Made by a program: the position numbers and the translations under genes. Of a DNA stretch of 64,000 nt, positions 9,644-19,490 are shown one piece after another. Source of the DNA: Octopus sinensis (lineage: Eukaryota); contig NC_043000.1 in NCBI RefSeq assembly GCF_006345805.1, forward strand, positions 79,112,001 to 79,176,000, in the 5' to 3' direction. Under the pieces are notes generated by a model that was not told the DNA's origin, did no database searches, and worked only from the letters and a program-made list of their open reading frames with translations. Within the stretch, counting starts at the first letter, position 1. Each line of letters begins with the position of its first letter.

Positions 9644-11956
9644 GAGCCACTTAAACCCTGTGAGCCCAGGATCAACCTTAAAGACCACAAAAAGGACTTC
9701 TTGGATAACCCCTCAGTAAGGCTGATCTGTCCAACTAAGTCGGACATTGGCCGACTTAGTAAATCTATCCTGGATACTGTTCTACCCCAAATAACCCCTC
9801 TTCTCCCCTTAAACCTATGGCTAAGTACCGACGAAGTTCTAAAATGGTTTAACTCTCTAACTAATACTAGTAGTCTGTCTTTTATTCAGTTCGATATTAA
9901 TAGTTATTACTCTAGCATTTCCCCTATCTTACTCAACAAATCACTAATATTTGCCATGAATCGCTCCCTCATAACTAGAGAAGAAATCAATATTGTGCTA
10001 CTAGCTAGGAAGACATTTATTGAATTTGAAGATAAATTATGGACTAGAGCAGATACACCAAATTTTTTTGATATACCAATGGGTTCCAGTGATTCGGCTG
10101 AGGTAACCAACCTAGTAGGCGCATATCTATTAAAATGCATAAGCAAGGATATCCCAGAAATACAGGGGGGTCTATATAGGGATGATGCTCTGTTTGTTAT
10201 CCCTAGTAATAATAAATCTGTTATAGAAAGGATTAGAAAGAAAATTAATAAGTTCTTTAAGGATTTCAACCTCAGTATAACGTATGAACCGGGCACTAAA
10301 ATAGCTAATTTCCTAGATATTACCCTAGACCTTAACTCCAAGCTACATTACCCATTTAGAAAGGAAGGCGAAGTCACGAATTACGTAAATAAATTATCAA
10401 ATCATCCCCCAAATATAATAGAATCTTTAGTAAGAAATATTTCATTAAGAATTTCAAAATTATCATCCAATAAGGATATATTTAACTCCCATTCTGAGCA
10501 TTATAATGCGGCGTTAACTAAGGCTGGATACAACCAAAAGATTACCTTCGTTGATAAGGAGAACTCACGTATTCCTAATAATGAAGTTATCAGTAATCAC
10601 GTAAGCAGCAAAAAAGACCAAGCCCGAAATAAAAGTAGAATTAAATTAACGGTAAACGCTAATCTAGAGTACAGGCCCAACAATTCAAATAGAAGCATTG
10701 ACCAGAACATAGGTAACTCGGATAAGATTGAAGTAGATAAACCTAAGATGCACACAAATAAAAATAAAAATAATGGTAATAAATACAATAACTCCGGTGA
10801 GATGAATAGTAGTAATTCTACGAACCCTAAATTTTATAAAAAAGATATATTATGGCTGAATATTCCTTTCAACTGTGCGATACAATCGGATATACAGAAC
10901 AAATTCAAAGTGATTCTGGAAAAAAATTTCCCTATCTCTCATAGATATCATAGAATTATTTCTAGGAAAACAGTTAGGATTTCTTATTCAACCCTCCCAA
11001 ATATGTCCACTTTAATAGCTAAAATTAATAATAACAACATTAAACTAGCCAGGAAAGATAGAAATAAAAATAATAATATCAGAATGAATACCAATAGCAA
11101 TAACAATAATACTACCAACAATAAAAACAGCAATAGGAACTATCAAAACATAGGTGAAATTAGTAACCACAGAATGACTAATAACATTAACATTAATAGT
11201 AATAATAACAATGCCGATATTAATAGAAGTAATATTGTTAATAATAGAAATAATAGAAATAAGGCTAATGGAGAAAATAAGGAGAATGAAAATATCAGTG
11301 ATATCTATAACAATAATATACAGTTGGATAAAAAGACTAACAATAATAATAACATTACGAATAATATAAGAAATCTTGGTAGGACTTTACACCTAAATGA
11401 TGAAACGGAAGGATCAATAAATAATAACAATACTTTAGATATCAGCACCAACTATAGAAATGATAATCAAAATAATAGGAACCTTAAACATCTACCCAGG
11501 AATAATCCAAGGCCTGAAGTTGTTCCTCCTGTGTGTAAGTGTAGAATAAAATCAAAATGCCCGGCACCTGGTCTATGTAGGGAAAATAATGTAATCTATA
11601 AATGTACCATATCCACGGAGAATAACAAATATTTTTACATTGGCTGTACAATTAATTTTTTAGCCAGAGTTAGAAATCACATCTCGACTTTTAAATTACG
11701 TCATAAAGCTGGTACCACCACACTTTCAAACAAAATCTGGGAACTCAAAAATAATAACAAAAATTATACCCTTAATTGGGAAATAGTTAGGAGAGCAATT
11801 CCGTATAAAAATAGTAGGGTTGGTTGTCAACTATGCTCCATGGAGACGTACGAAATTCTAAAGCATAGTAAACATAGAAACTTATTGAATAACCATATCG
11901 AACTAGGTCAAGTTTGTGTCCACGCTAAATTGAAGACTTTAAAATATTTTAAATGA
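9644..11956 (+). CDS. 5'-truncated but uninterrupted PLE ORF: RT plus C-terminal GIY-YIG endonuclease
   Basis: FIQFDINSYY, IPMGSSDSAEV, GLYRDD, NFLDITL, SNHPP, then CKC..CPAPGLC, NVIY..YFYIG, RVRNH, CQLC..E. The frame is open from 9644. The track start at 9701 is a TTG, not a true initiator. Confidence 0.9.
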   Translation, partial: EPLKPCEPRINLKDHKKDFLDNPSVRLICPTKSDIGRLSKSILDTVLPQITPLLPLNLWLSTDEVLKWFNSLTNTSSLSFIQFDINSYYSSISPILLNKSLIFAMNRSLITREEINIVLLARKTFIEFEDKLWTRADTPNFFDIPMGSSDSAEVTNLVGAYLLKCISKDIPEIQGGLYRDDALFVIPSNNKSVIERIRKKINKFFKDFNLSITYEPGTKIANFLDITLDLNSKLHYPFRKEGEVTNYVNKLSNHPPNIIESLVRNISLRISKLSSNKDIFNSHSEHYNAALTKAGYNQKITFVDKENSRIPNNEVISNHVSSKKDQARNKSRIKLTVNANLEYRPNNSNRSIDQNIGNSDKIEVDKPKMHTNKNKNNGNKYNNSGEMNSSNSTNPKFYKKDILWLNIPFNCAIQSDIQNKFKVILEKNFPISHRYHRIISRKTVRISYSTLPNMSTLIAKINNNNIKLARKDRNKNNNIRMNTNSNNNNTTNNKNSNRNYQNIGEISNHRMTNNININSNNNNADINRSNIVNNRNNRNKANGENKENENISDIYNNNIQLDKKTNNNNNITNNIRNLGRTLHLNDETEGSINNNNTLDISTNYRNDNQNNRNLKHLPRNNPRPEVVPPVCKCRIKSKCPAPGLCRENNVIYKCTISTENNKYFYIGCTINFLARVRNHISTFKLRHKAGTTTLSNKIWELKNNNKNYTLNWEIVRRAIPYKNSRVGCQLCSMETYEILKHSKHRNLLNNHIELGQVCVHAKLKTLKYFK

Positions 11957-13401
11957 TTGGAATATTCATAACTAGATAGATAGATATAACTTGATTTCTA
12001 CTAGTATAGCACTGCTTTAAGTAGATAATTAAGAGTTCTCACATTACAGTTATCTTTATCTTTTTCCTTATATCTGCATCAGTTTTTTGAGAACAGGGAA
12101 ATGAATAGTACTTATTCGCTACTTAATTGAGGCTTTATTTAATTTCAAACTCACAATTTTTAAATTCTTAATTTTAAATCTTAATTGTAATATTTAATTT
12201 TAATTCCTAACTTAATCTAATTTAAATAGCATAACTCTAATAAATTATAATTAGTTACTGTAGCCCCATAATTCTATTTCATAATTAAATAAATAAGGCT
12301 ATTCCCTCGGTGATAATATGATTATCTTCGTTATGATAGACAATCCCCTAACACCTTGTAAATGATCTTATAAGATTTGACCTGTAGTCAGTCAATGTAT
12401 GAATAATAACGACAACTCCTTAAGACAATAAAATGAATAAATTAAATAAGTAAATTTTTAATGACTTTTTGATAAGATTATACTTAGATTTTCCTAATGT
12501 ATTTTCTGGTGATTTTAGCATCTGACCCCTTAACCCCTGACTGTGTTATCTCTTTAGATTTTCTTTAAACTCATAGCTGATTTCAACAACAATAAATTAA
12601 CGGTTTACTGGTCAAAGAATAATATTCCCCTCTAGTTCCTAGATGCCTGCTGATTAAAACCAGACTTACAGTCTACTAGCTCTTCTGTATAACTAGAACC
12701 CTCTTTTTTCTTTTTCTTTTTTTCCCTTCTTTCCCTATTTCTTTCTCTTTTCTCTTTTTTCTTTTTCTTCTTCTTATTCTCTGTTTCCTTTTCTCTTCTC
12801 TTTTAGTCCCCCTTCCCCCCCCCCCTTTTTGCTCCCTCCTCCATTATTTTCTCTCTTTCTTCTATTCCCTTCTCTATTCTTGGCCGATCTAGTAAGCCCT
12901 TCAGCCTTTAAGAGTTAAATAGCTACAGCCTCTTGTGAATAGCAGTAATGTGATTAATATGGCAAACACCTAATCATATAACAAGGATTGATACCTACCT
13001 CATTGTGTTCAACCATTGTAAAATTTATCGCCTGTGAATATGAAATTCATCTCCATTTCTCTGGAAATTTACATCTACACCATTGGAATCTGTGCATATA
13101 TACAAAGGATTAATTCACCCTCTCTGTAATGCTAATAAGCAGGAATTGAGACCCACCTCGTTGTAATTAACAATGGATAAATTTGTCTTCTGTGAGTATA
13201 TAATCCCTCATCATATCTATGGAAATTCATATGGATTAGATCACCTTCTCTGTGATACTATCAAAACTTTTTTAAAATTCTGTGATAAGACTGTACATCA
13301 TCTTTAAAGAACTTTAATGAACTTTAGAAATCTGTTTAATTATCTACATTACTTCATGAGTATAGCCTCAAACACTAGGATGTCTAGAGAACTTACATGT
13401 A

Positions 13402-13492
13402 TTTTAGCTGATGAGTACGGGACTCGTTTATATGCTGTAATCTTTGCAACTTTTAATAAAACCTGTCCTTGTATGAAACGATCGTACTAAAA
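13402..13492 (+). ncRNA. Type I minimal hammerhead ribozyme (PLE pseudo-LTR)
   Basis: Stem I TTTTAG/CTAAAA, core CTGATGA at 13408-13414, stem II GTACGGGAC/GTCCTTGTAT, GAAA at 13475-13478, stem III with palindromic GATC loop, and GUA cleavage triplet ending at 13486. Confidence 0.8.
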
Positions 13493-13527
13493 ACCTATCC
13501 ATTCTTGTTGCTTCTTTCTCGCTTATA

Positions 13528-13530
13528 TAT

Positions 13531-13626
<96 letters not shown>

Positions 13627-13710
13627 GTATATGTATATATATATATATGTATATGTATATGTATATATACTCCTTTATTCTTTTACTTGTTTATATATAT
13701 ATATATACTC
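13528..13710. repeat. (TA)n-rich microsatellite at the right end of the PLE
   Basis: Direct reading of the sequence. Confidence 0.95.
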
Positions 13711-13914
13711 TTTTACTCTTTTACTTGTTTCAGTCATTTGACTGTTGCCATGCTGGAGCACCGCATTTAGTCGAGCACATTGACCCCAGGACTTATTCTT
13801 TGTAAGCTTAGTACTTATTCTATCGATCTCTTTTGCCGAACCGCTAAGTAACGGGGACGTAAACACACCAGCATCGGTTGTCAAGCGATGTTGGTGGGAC
13901 AAACACATAAACAC

Positions 13915-13977
<63 letters not shown>

Positions 13978-14148
13978 CATATATACAACGGGCTTCTTTC
14001 AGTTTCCGTCTACCAAATCCACTCACAAGGCCTTGGTCGGCCCGAGGCTAGAGTAGAAGACACTTGCCCAAGGTGCCATGCAGTGGGAATGAACCCAGAA
14101 CCATGAGGCTGGTAAGCAAGCTACTTACCACACAACCAATCCTGTGCC
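13711..14148 (-). mobile_element. tRNA-derived SINE with an internal (CA)/(TA) microsatellite
   Basis: Minus-strand head GGCACAGGATTGGTTGTGTGGTAAG...GGGTTCATTCCCAC (A/B-box-like), followed by CCTTGGGCAAGTGTC, and a tail of (AAAAGAGT) repeats. Confidence 0.8.
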
Positions 14149-14229
<81 letters not shown>

Positions 14230-14249
14230 TATGTAAGTCCTGGTATTTT

Positions 14250-15031
14250 TGTCATGCATTTGTCTGTATGCTTTTTTTTATCATACTTAATGCTCCTACT
14301 ATTAAAGGAATTGTTTCTGTTTTTAGGCTCCACTTTCGAGTTACCTCTATTTCGCATAAAGAGAGGAAACTTAAATTTCCTACTCCGGCAGAAATTGAAA
14401 AACTACTCGAAGATGTGTGGCCCTCAATGCTACACATACAGAAAGGTAAACAATATGAGATGGTCACTGCTATATGCAGCAGTGAGTAAGAAGCTAGAAG
14501 AATGGCTACTATACCTTGCACGTCCCAGGCTTTTGTAACAATTCCCCATTACATGGGTAAAAGGTTGGCTCGAATTCGCGTCAAGAACGTGCCGCGCCAC
14601 CATGATCCGGCGAGGGTTTTAGCCATTCTGGAGGAGCATGGGGAGATTGTGAAGGTGAGGTGATGTCCACCTCACGACTCAACAGGATTGGAACTCTTAT
14701 GAAATTCCAGATACTAGTTTCCCAAGAAGAAATAAATCGCATTCCCGATCTTTTCTATTTTAGGGAATGCGAACAAATGCCAGTTTCTATAGAAGGTAAA
14801 AACAGAAGTGTTTTGTGAAGGGGGTATTTTTGCAACCATTTTCGAAGCCTATGAGGTATTCTCATCCTGTAGTCTGTCGGGAGCAGGCCGCGGTGTGGCA
14901 GTGTTGTTCTGAAAATCTTTAGATCTCAAAGTAAGTGCAATCTTCTCGGACTCGGACGGTAGGTTGGTGGTCCTGGATGTGAATGGCGGTGAAGGTAGTA
15001 CCTAAATATAGGACTTTACAGGCTGACGGTC

Positions 15032-15089
<58 letters not shown>

Positions 15090-18000
15090 AATAATACAAA
15101 GTGGCTCTCATGGCTTCTGATCTTAACTGATTGGAAGTGTTATCATGTACATTGTTTTGTCTTGGTATAAAAGATGGGCTACAGCAAATATTCTGCTCAA
15201 TACCACAGATTTGCTTGTCAGTTGTTTGACCTTAACCAGTTGAGCATGTCCCTTAGTGGCTGACGATATGTGCATCTCTGATCACGAGCAGAAGTAGTGG
15301 GGGAGCATCATAGCCATGTATTGAGAAGGATTCTTTGGGGTTTGAATAATTCACCTCTGGAAACATGGGTGTTTCGTTCAACGTCCTTAAACAACCCTTA
15401 TTCAGGGACCTTTTGAGCGGGATGGGTTACTCGATCTGAAGAAAATTCTAACTGGGCTCCACCTGCAAGGTCATGTGCTGTTTATCTTGATATGAGATCA
15501 CCATGTCGCGCACATATGGTTGTGATGCATGTGCCTGGTGTACCCTTATCAGACGGGTAGTCATGATGGGTATACTGAGCTTCGTATATTTTACCCCAGT
15601 GTCACTTTGATGGCATGCTCTGCTCGCTCACTCAATAATACAAGTAACTGTAGAATATGTGGTAATGGGGAAGAAACAATAAATCATATTGCCTCTGGCT
15701 GCCCAGTCCTGACTAAGAAAGATTGGTGGCAGTTTACGCTCCGACAGGAGCCGGGAGGCCAGATTTCTTCAGGCGTCTATAAACATTCCTAGGAACGTTT
15801 TGCACTTTTGTACTAGTGAGGGACTGGAATAGCATTTTGGACGCGTGGAAGGACTGTGTGGGTTGAGTACATAGAAGAAATGGGTGTAAAAGATTCGAAA
15901 ATCTGCTCAGAAATGTTCAGCTTTCTGACAAATATCGATTAAATTTTCCTGATGTGCCAATGTGGACATGGAGTAATCAGAATGAGTCGTCCAGATCGTA
16001 TGTAGATAGAGTATTTGTTAGGTCAGCAGATAAAGATAGTATAGGGTGCCTACAATTCAGATTAGTCGGCTACACAGATCACAAATTTGTGATCTGTACA
16101 GTCGATTTAAATAGGACGCGTAGACAGGAACTCGGTTACTGAAAGTTGAATGCGTCCTTTCCGGCGCGCAATGATTATAGGGACCGAATTAGAGAGCTAG
16201 TTAAGCGGCAGTTGACAGGGGAAATCGTTAAAAACCGGTGGTGAATAGCCCCGAAGAGAGCGATTAGAGGATAATCAATAGAGTTTAACAAAGAGTTAGC
16301 AATAGAAAGAAATAGATTAGGAGAACTAGTTAGCAAACTAGAAGAGGCGATTAGTAAAGGCATCGCGAGAATGACTTTTTCTTTGAGGCAAAACACGAAG
16401 GTTGAATTGTCAGAGCTTAGGCCCGTGCGCTAAAACATGAGGGAACTAAAGCCCTCCGATGGGCTCGAACGGTGGAGACGCGACGTGGAAACAAAACCGC
16501 GATCAGCTCTTTGACGAATCAGGACGGGCATGCGCTACATGGTTCTCAGCAGATGTGTGCAGCTTTTCGGCAGTACTTCGCGCAACTGATTGGTGAGGTG
16601 GGCGGAATTTTGTTCGTACCTAAATGGCCCGCCGTAGCTTTCGGTAGCGCTCGCGAGGCTCTGCGAAAAGGTGTGCAATCCCAAACAGGTCTATCCACGA
16701 CAAGCTCCACCTTATGTGATACATTCTAGAGAGGGCTGGGACTATTGCTAGTTTCAGTGGGATCCTGATCAATTTGGATCAATCAAAAGCATTCGATAGG
16801 GTCGACCATCGCTACCTGGAAGCCGTCTTTAAAGCGTCCGGTTTCGGACCCGTTTTTAGGGGCTGAATTTCTGCAATATACAGCAATATAAAGCAAGGTA
16901 TAGCATTAATCTTCCAGTACCCTTTGGATGCATAGGACTCTTGTGAATTCAAACCACATATTTTCTGTCTTGAGAAATTTCTTCTACATCCATCCAATTT
17001 CCTTCAGCAACATCTTTCATCATCTGTCTTAGCCAGGCCTCTCTCAATTTACTATGCTACCTCCTGAAGGAGAATGCTGGGAACTAGTTGGCACTGACAC
17101 ATAGCTAATACTTTCATGAGAGAAAGGGGTTAGGTTAAAAGGTATAAATATTTTTGTTAAATTTTCGGAAAGGAAATGGATGGATTATGTAACTGGAACT
17201 CTGTCAATGACAAGAGTTCAAATTGATCCGATCAATGGAACGGCCCGCTCGTGAAATTAACATGCAAGTGGCTGAGCACTCCACAGACACCTGTACCCTT
17301 AACATAATTCTCAGGGAGATTCAGCATGACACAGAGTGTGGTTTCTGACACTCTTTAATTTAACACTCTTGTGACACTAACCGATTAATATCGCACGCTC
17401 GGTCCGTTCAATGGCTGCCAGCTGTCACCTCTTCTGTACGTGTTGGCTCTCGAGCCACTGCTGTGGAAGTTGGAACAATTGAGGGGCATCCTTTTCAAAC
17501 TGGGTCTCGGAAGAGCAGTATCTACATACGCGTACGTCACCATCATGCATGGCTAAAATCAACTCCGACAAGAGGGTGGGCTTGCGACAGGGCACCTAGA
17601 AAGGCAGATCGGTGCCGTCAGACGGCGTCGTCGGATACTGTACTGACGGACTAGTTAAACTGCTTGTGGTCTGGTTTGGTCCCGACCTCCAGATGGATAA
17701 GAACTGGGATGAGGTGACGAAATGAGCAGAGAGGAAGTTATCCTTGAAAGGTCGGGAGGAGATGGCGAATGCCTACATCGCCTCTCATTATTTATCATCT
17801 GACCGTCGTGCCTTGCTTGATTAGATTGCAGCGTATCCTGTTTAATTTCTTGTGGAAGGGACGCGGTCTAGTGATCAGGTGGTCGGTCTGCTACAAACTT
17901 CCTTTGCGAGGCGGCTTAGGCATGCTATGGCTTTTAATGTGCAGACACGCACTCAGGTTGCACCACCTGCAGCGATTTCTAAAAGGTGAACGTGTGGGGG

Positions 18001-19010
18001 CTCCGTTTGTGAGACACACCTTTCCGCAGCTCGTCTTCTTGATGGAACTGCAGTCCTGACTAAAGGATAGGCAGAGACCGGGTGCTTGGCACTTAAAATG
18101 TCGTAAGGCGCTCACTGTCCTCTACAAGTCGGTGGATGTTCCACTTTAGATATTTACAGAGGATTAATAGCGATGAAGTGGAACGACTTCATCAGGGAGA
18201 TCCTAGGCGTCGACGAAAACGAACTGGCAAGTCTATTCCAGAGGACTTTCCAGTCGGGGATTGTTATGGATAATTTCCAGATGTCTTTGGCCTGGCTGTG
18301 CTACCGGGGATCGCTGAGGGTCCGAGATAAACTCTACAGGCACGGATGTGCTGTCAGAAGAAGTTTCCTGAGGTGCTCGCAGAGCGACGAAATCATTCTG
18401 CATACACCCGTTCAGTGTCCGGCCATTGATAACTTGTGGAGTTATGTCGAACAGCTGCTGTCACATGGACAGACCTGTCTGTCAGCCGAGTCCATAATGA
18501 TGATTGCCCCGCCGCCCTTCTTTAATCTGGCTGGCAAGGCAGTTTTCCTTTGTCTGGTGGCCGTGGCGAAAGATGTTATCTGGTGGATGGGGCTGAAACG
18601 AAAGGGGACAGATGCATTCCTCTTTGGTAAAGCCTCCATCGACGTTTTCAAGTTTCACTTGTAAAGCAAAGTGAGGTTGGAGAGGGAGGTCTTCGAGTGA
18701 ATTTATCAACGGGTGGATGAAAGTTGCAAAAATGGCAAGGGTGTAGACCTGTGAGTCGAAAGCAAGAAGTTGGAGTGGGCTCTCGTCTTTGGTATTCAGG
18801 GTGATCTTGGATGGTCGGATTCTTTGATTATCCCTTGAGGTCCTCCTGTATCAGGGGGATCCCATCACAAACATTTTTTTCTAGTGTCATATACTATGTA
18901 TACTTCCTTTCTTCTAATGTATACCGTGTATACGGTTTATTTTATCATTCCATTATATGTAAACTCTCACACTTTATGTCTGTCTTTGTATCGTCCCCCT
19001 CATCCTTCGC
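14250..19010 (+). mobile_element. Decayed L1/Tx1-clade LINE with nested insertions
   Basis: ORF1-like fragments at 14250-14800. APE motifs DGRLVVLDV, LVAVYAP, SYVDRVF and TDHKFV. RT motifs LDQSKAFDRVDH and GCQLSPLLYVLALEP. C-terminal Cys/His region at about 18340-18420. Many stops. Confidence 0.8.
15101..15633 (+). repeat. About 550-bp interspersed repeat (copy B), followed by an REL-LINE CCHC fragment at 15640-15720
   Basis: Aligns with 3566-4927 minus the LTR. The downstream fragment translates NCRICGNGEETINHIASGCPVL. Confidence 0.85.
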
Positions 19011-19041
19011 CCATGAAATCATTGTTGTTATTGTTACTATG

Positions 19042-19088
<47 letters not shown>

Positions 19089-19114
19089 CATTATTATTAT
19101 TATTATTATTATTA

Positions 19115-19490
19115 AGGCGGTAAAAATGCTTAGTGGTATTTCGTTTGTCGCTACGTTCTGATTTAAACTTCCACCGAGGTCGACTTTGCCTTTCATCCTT
19201 TCGGGGTCGATAAATTAAGTACCAGTTACGCACTGGGGTCGATATAATCGACTTAATCAGTTTGTCTGTCCTTGTTTGTCCTCTCTGTGTTTAGCCCCTA
19301 GTGGGTAGTAAAGAAATAGGTATTTCGTTTGTCGCTACGTTCTGAGTTAAACTTCCACGGAGGTCGACTTTGCCTTTCATCCTTTCAGGGTCAAATAATT
19401 AAGTACCACTGAAAAACTGGGGTCGATGTAATCGACTATCCCCCTCCCACAAATTTCAGGCCTTGTGCCTAAAGTAGAAAGGATTATTAT
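19115..19490 (+). mobile_element. Tandem SINE fragments
   Basis: GGTATTTCGTTTGTCGCTACGTTCTGA...GAGGTCGACTTTGCCTTTCATCCTTTC..GGGGTCGAT occurs twice. Similar fragments lie at about 43050-43215 (+) and 46080-46220 (-). Confidence 0.7.

Larger units (their letters stand above)
5645..13527. mobile_element. Palindromic tail-out Penelope-like retroelement doublet (two arms of about 3.9 kb, 112-bp spacer)
   Basis: 5645-9530 is the reverse complement of 9643-13527. Differences found were homopolymer indels and one substitution. Both arms encode RT-GIY-YIG, and the right end abuts (TA)n. Confidence 0.93.

Noticed and set aside
8832-10341. Identical 144-aa ORFs at 8832-9266 (+) and 9907-10341 (-)
   Set aside because: They are antisense shadows of the RT frame duplicated by the palindrome.
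9644-11956. Assignment to Naiad/Chlamys PLEs or selenoprotein recoding
   Set aside because: Those clades have an N-terminal endonuclease. Here it is C-terminal, and there are no in-frame TGA codons in the ORF.
5645-13527. Palindrome as a pure foldback-read artefact
   Set aside because: This is disfavoured but not excluded. Symmetry ends exactly at the element terminus, the flanks differ, and the spacer is extra in-frame element sequence.
15260-15380. CTGACGA and GAAAC in the 550-bp repeat as a possible hammerhead
   Set aside because: Stems I and II cannot be formed.
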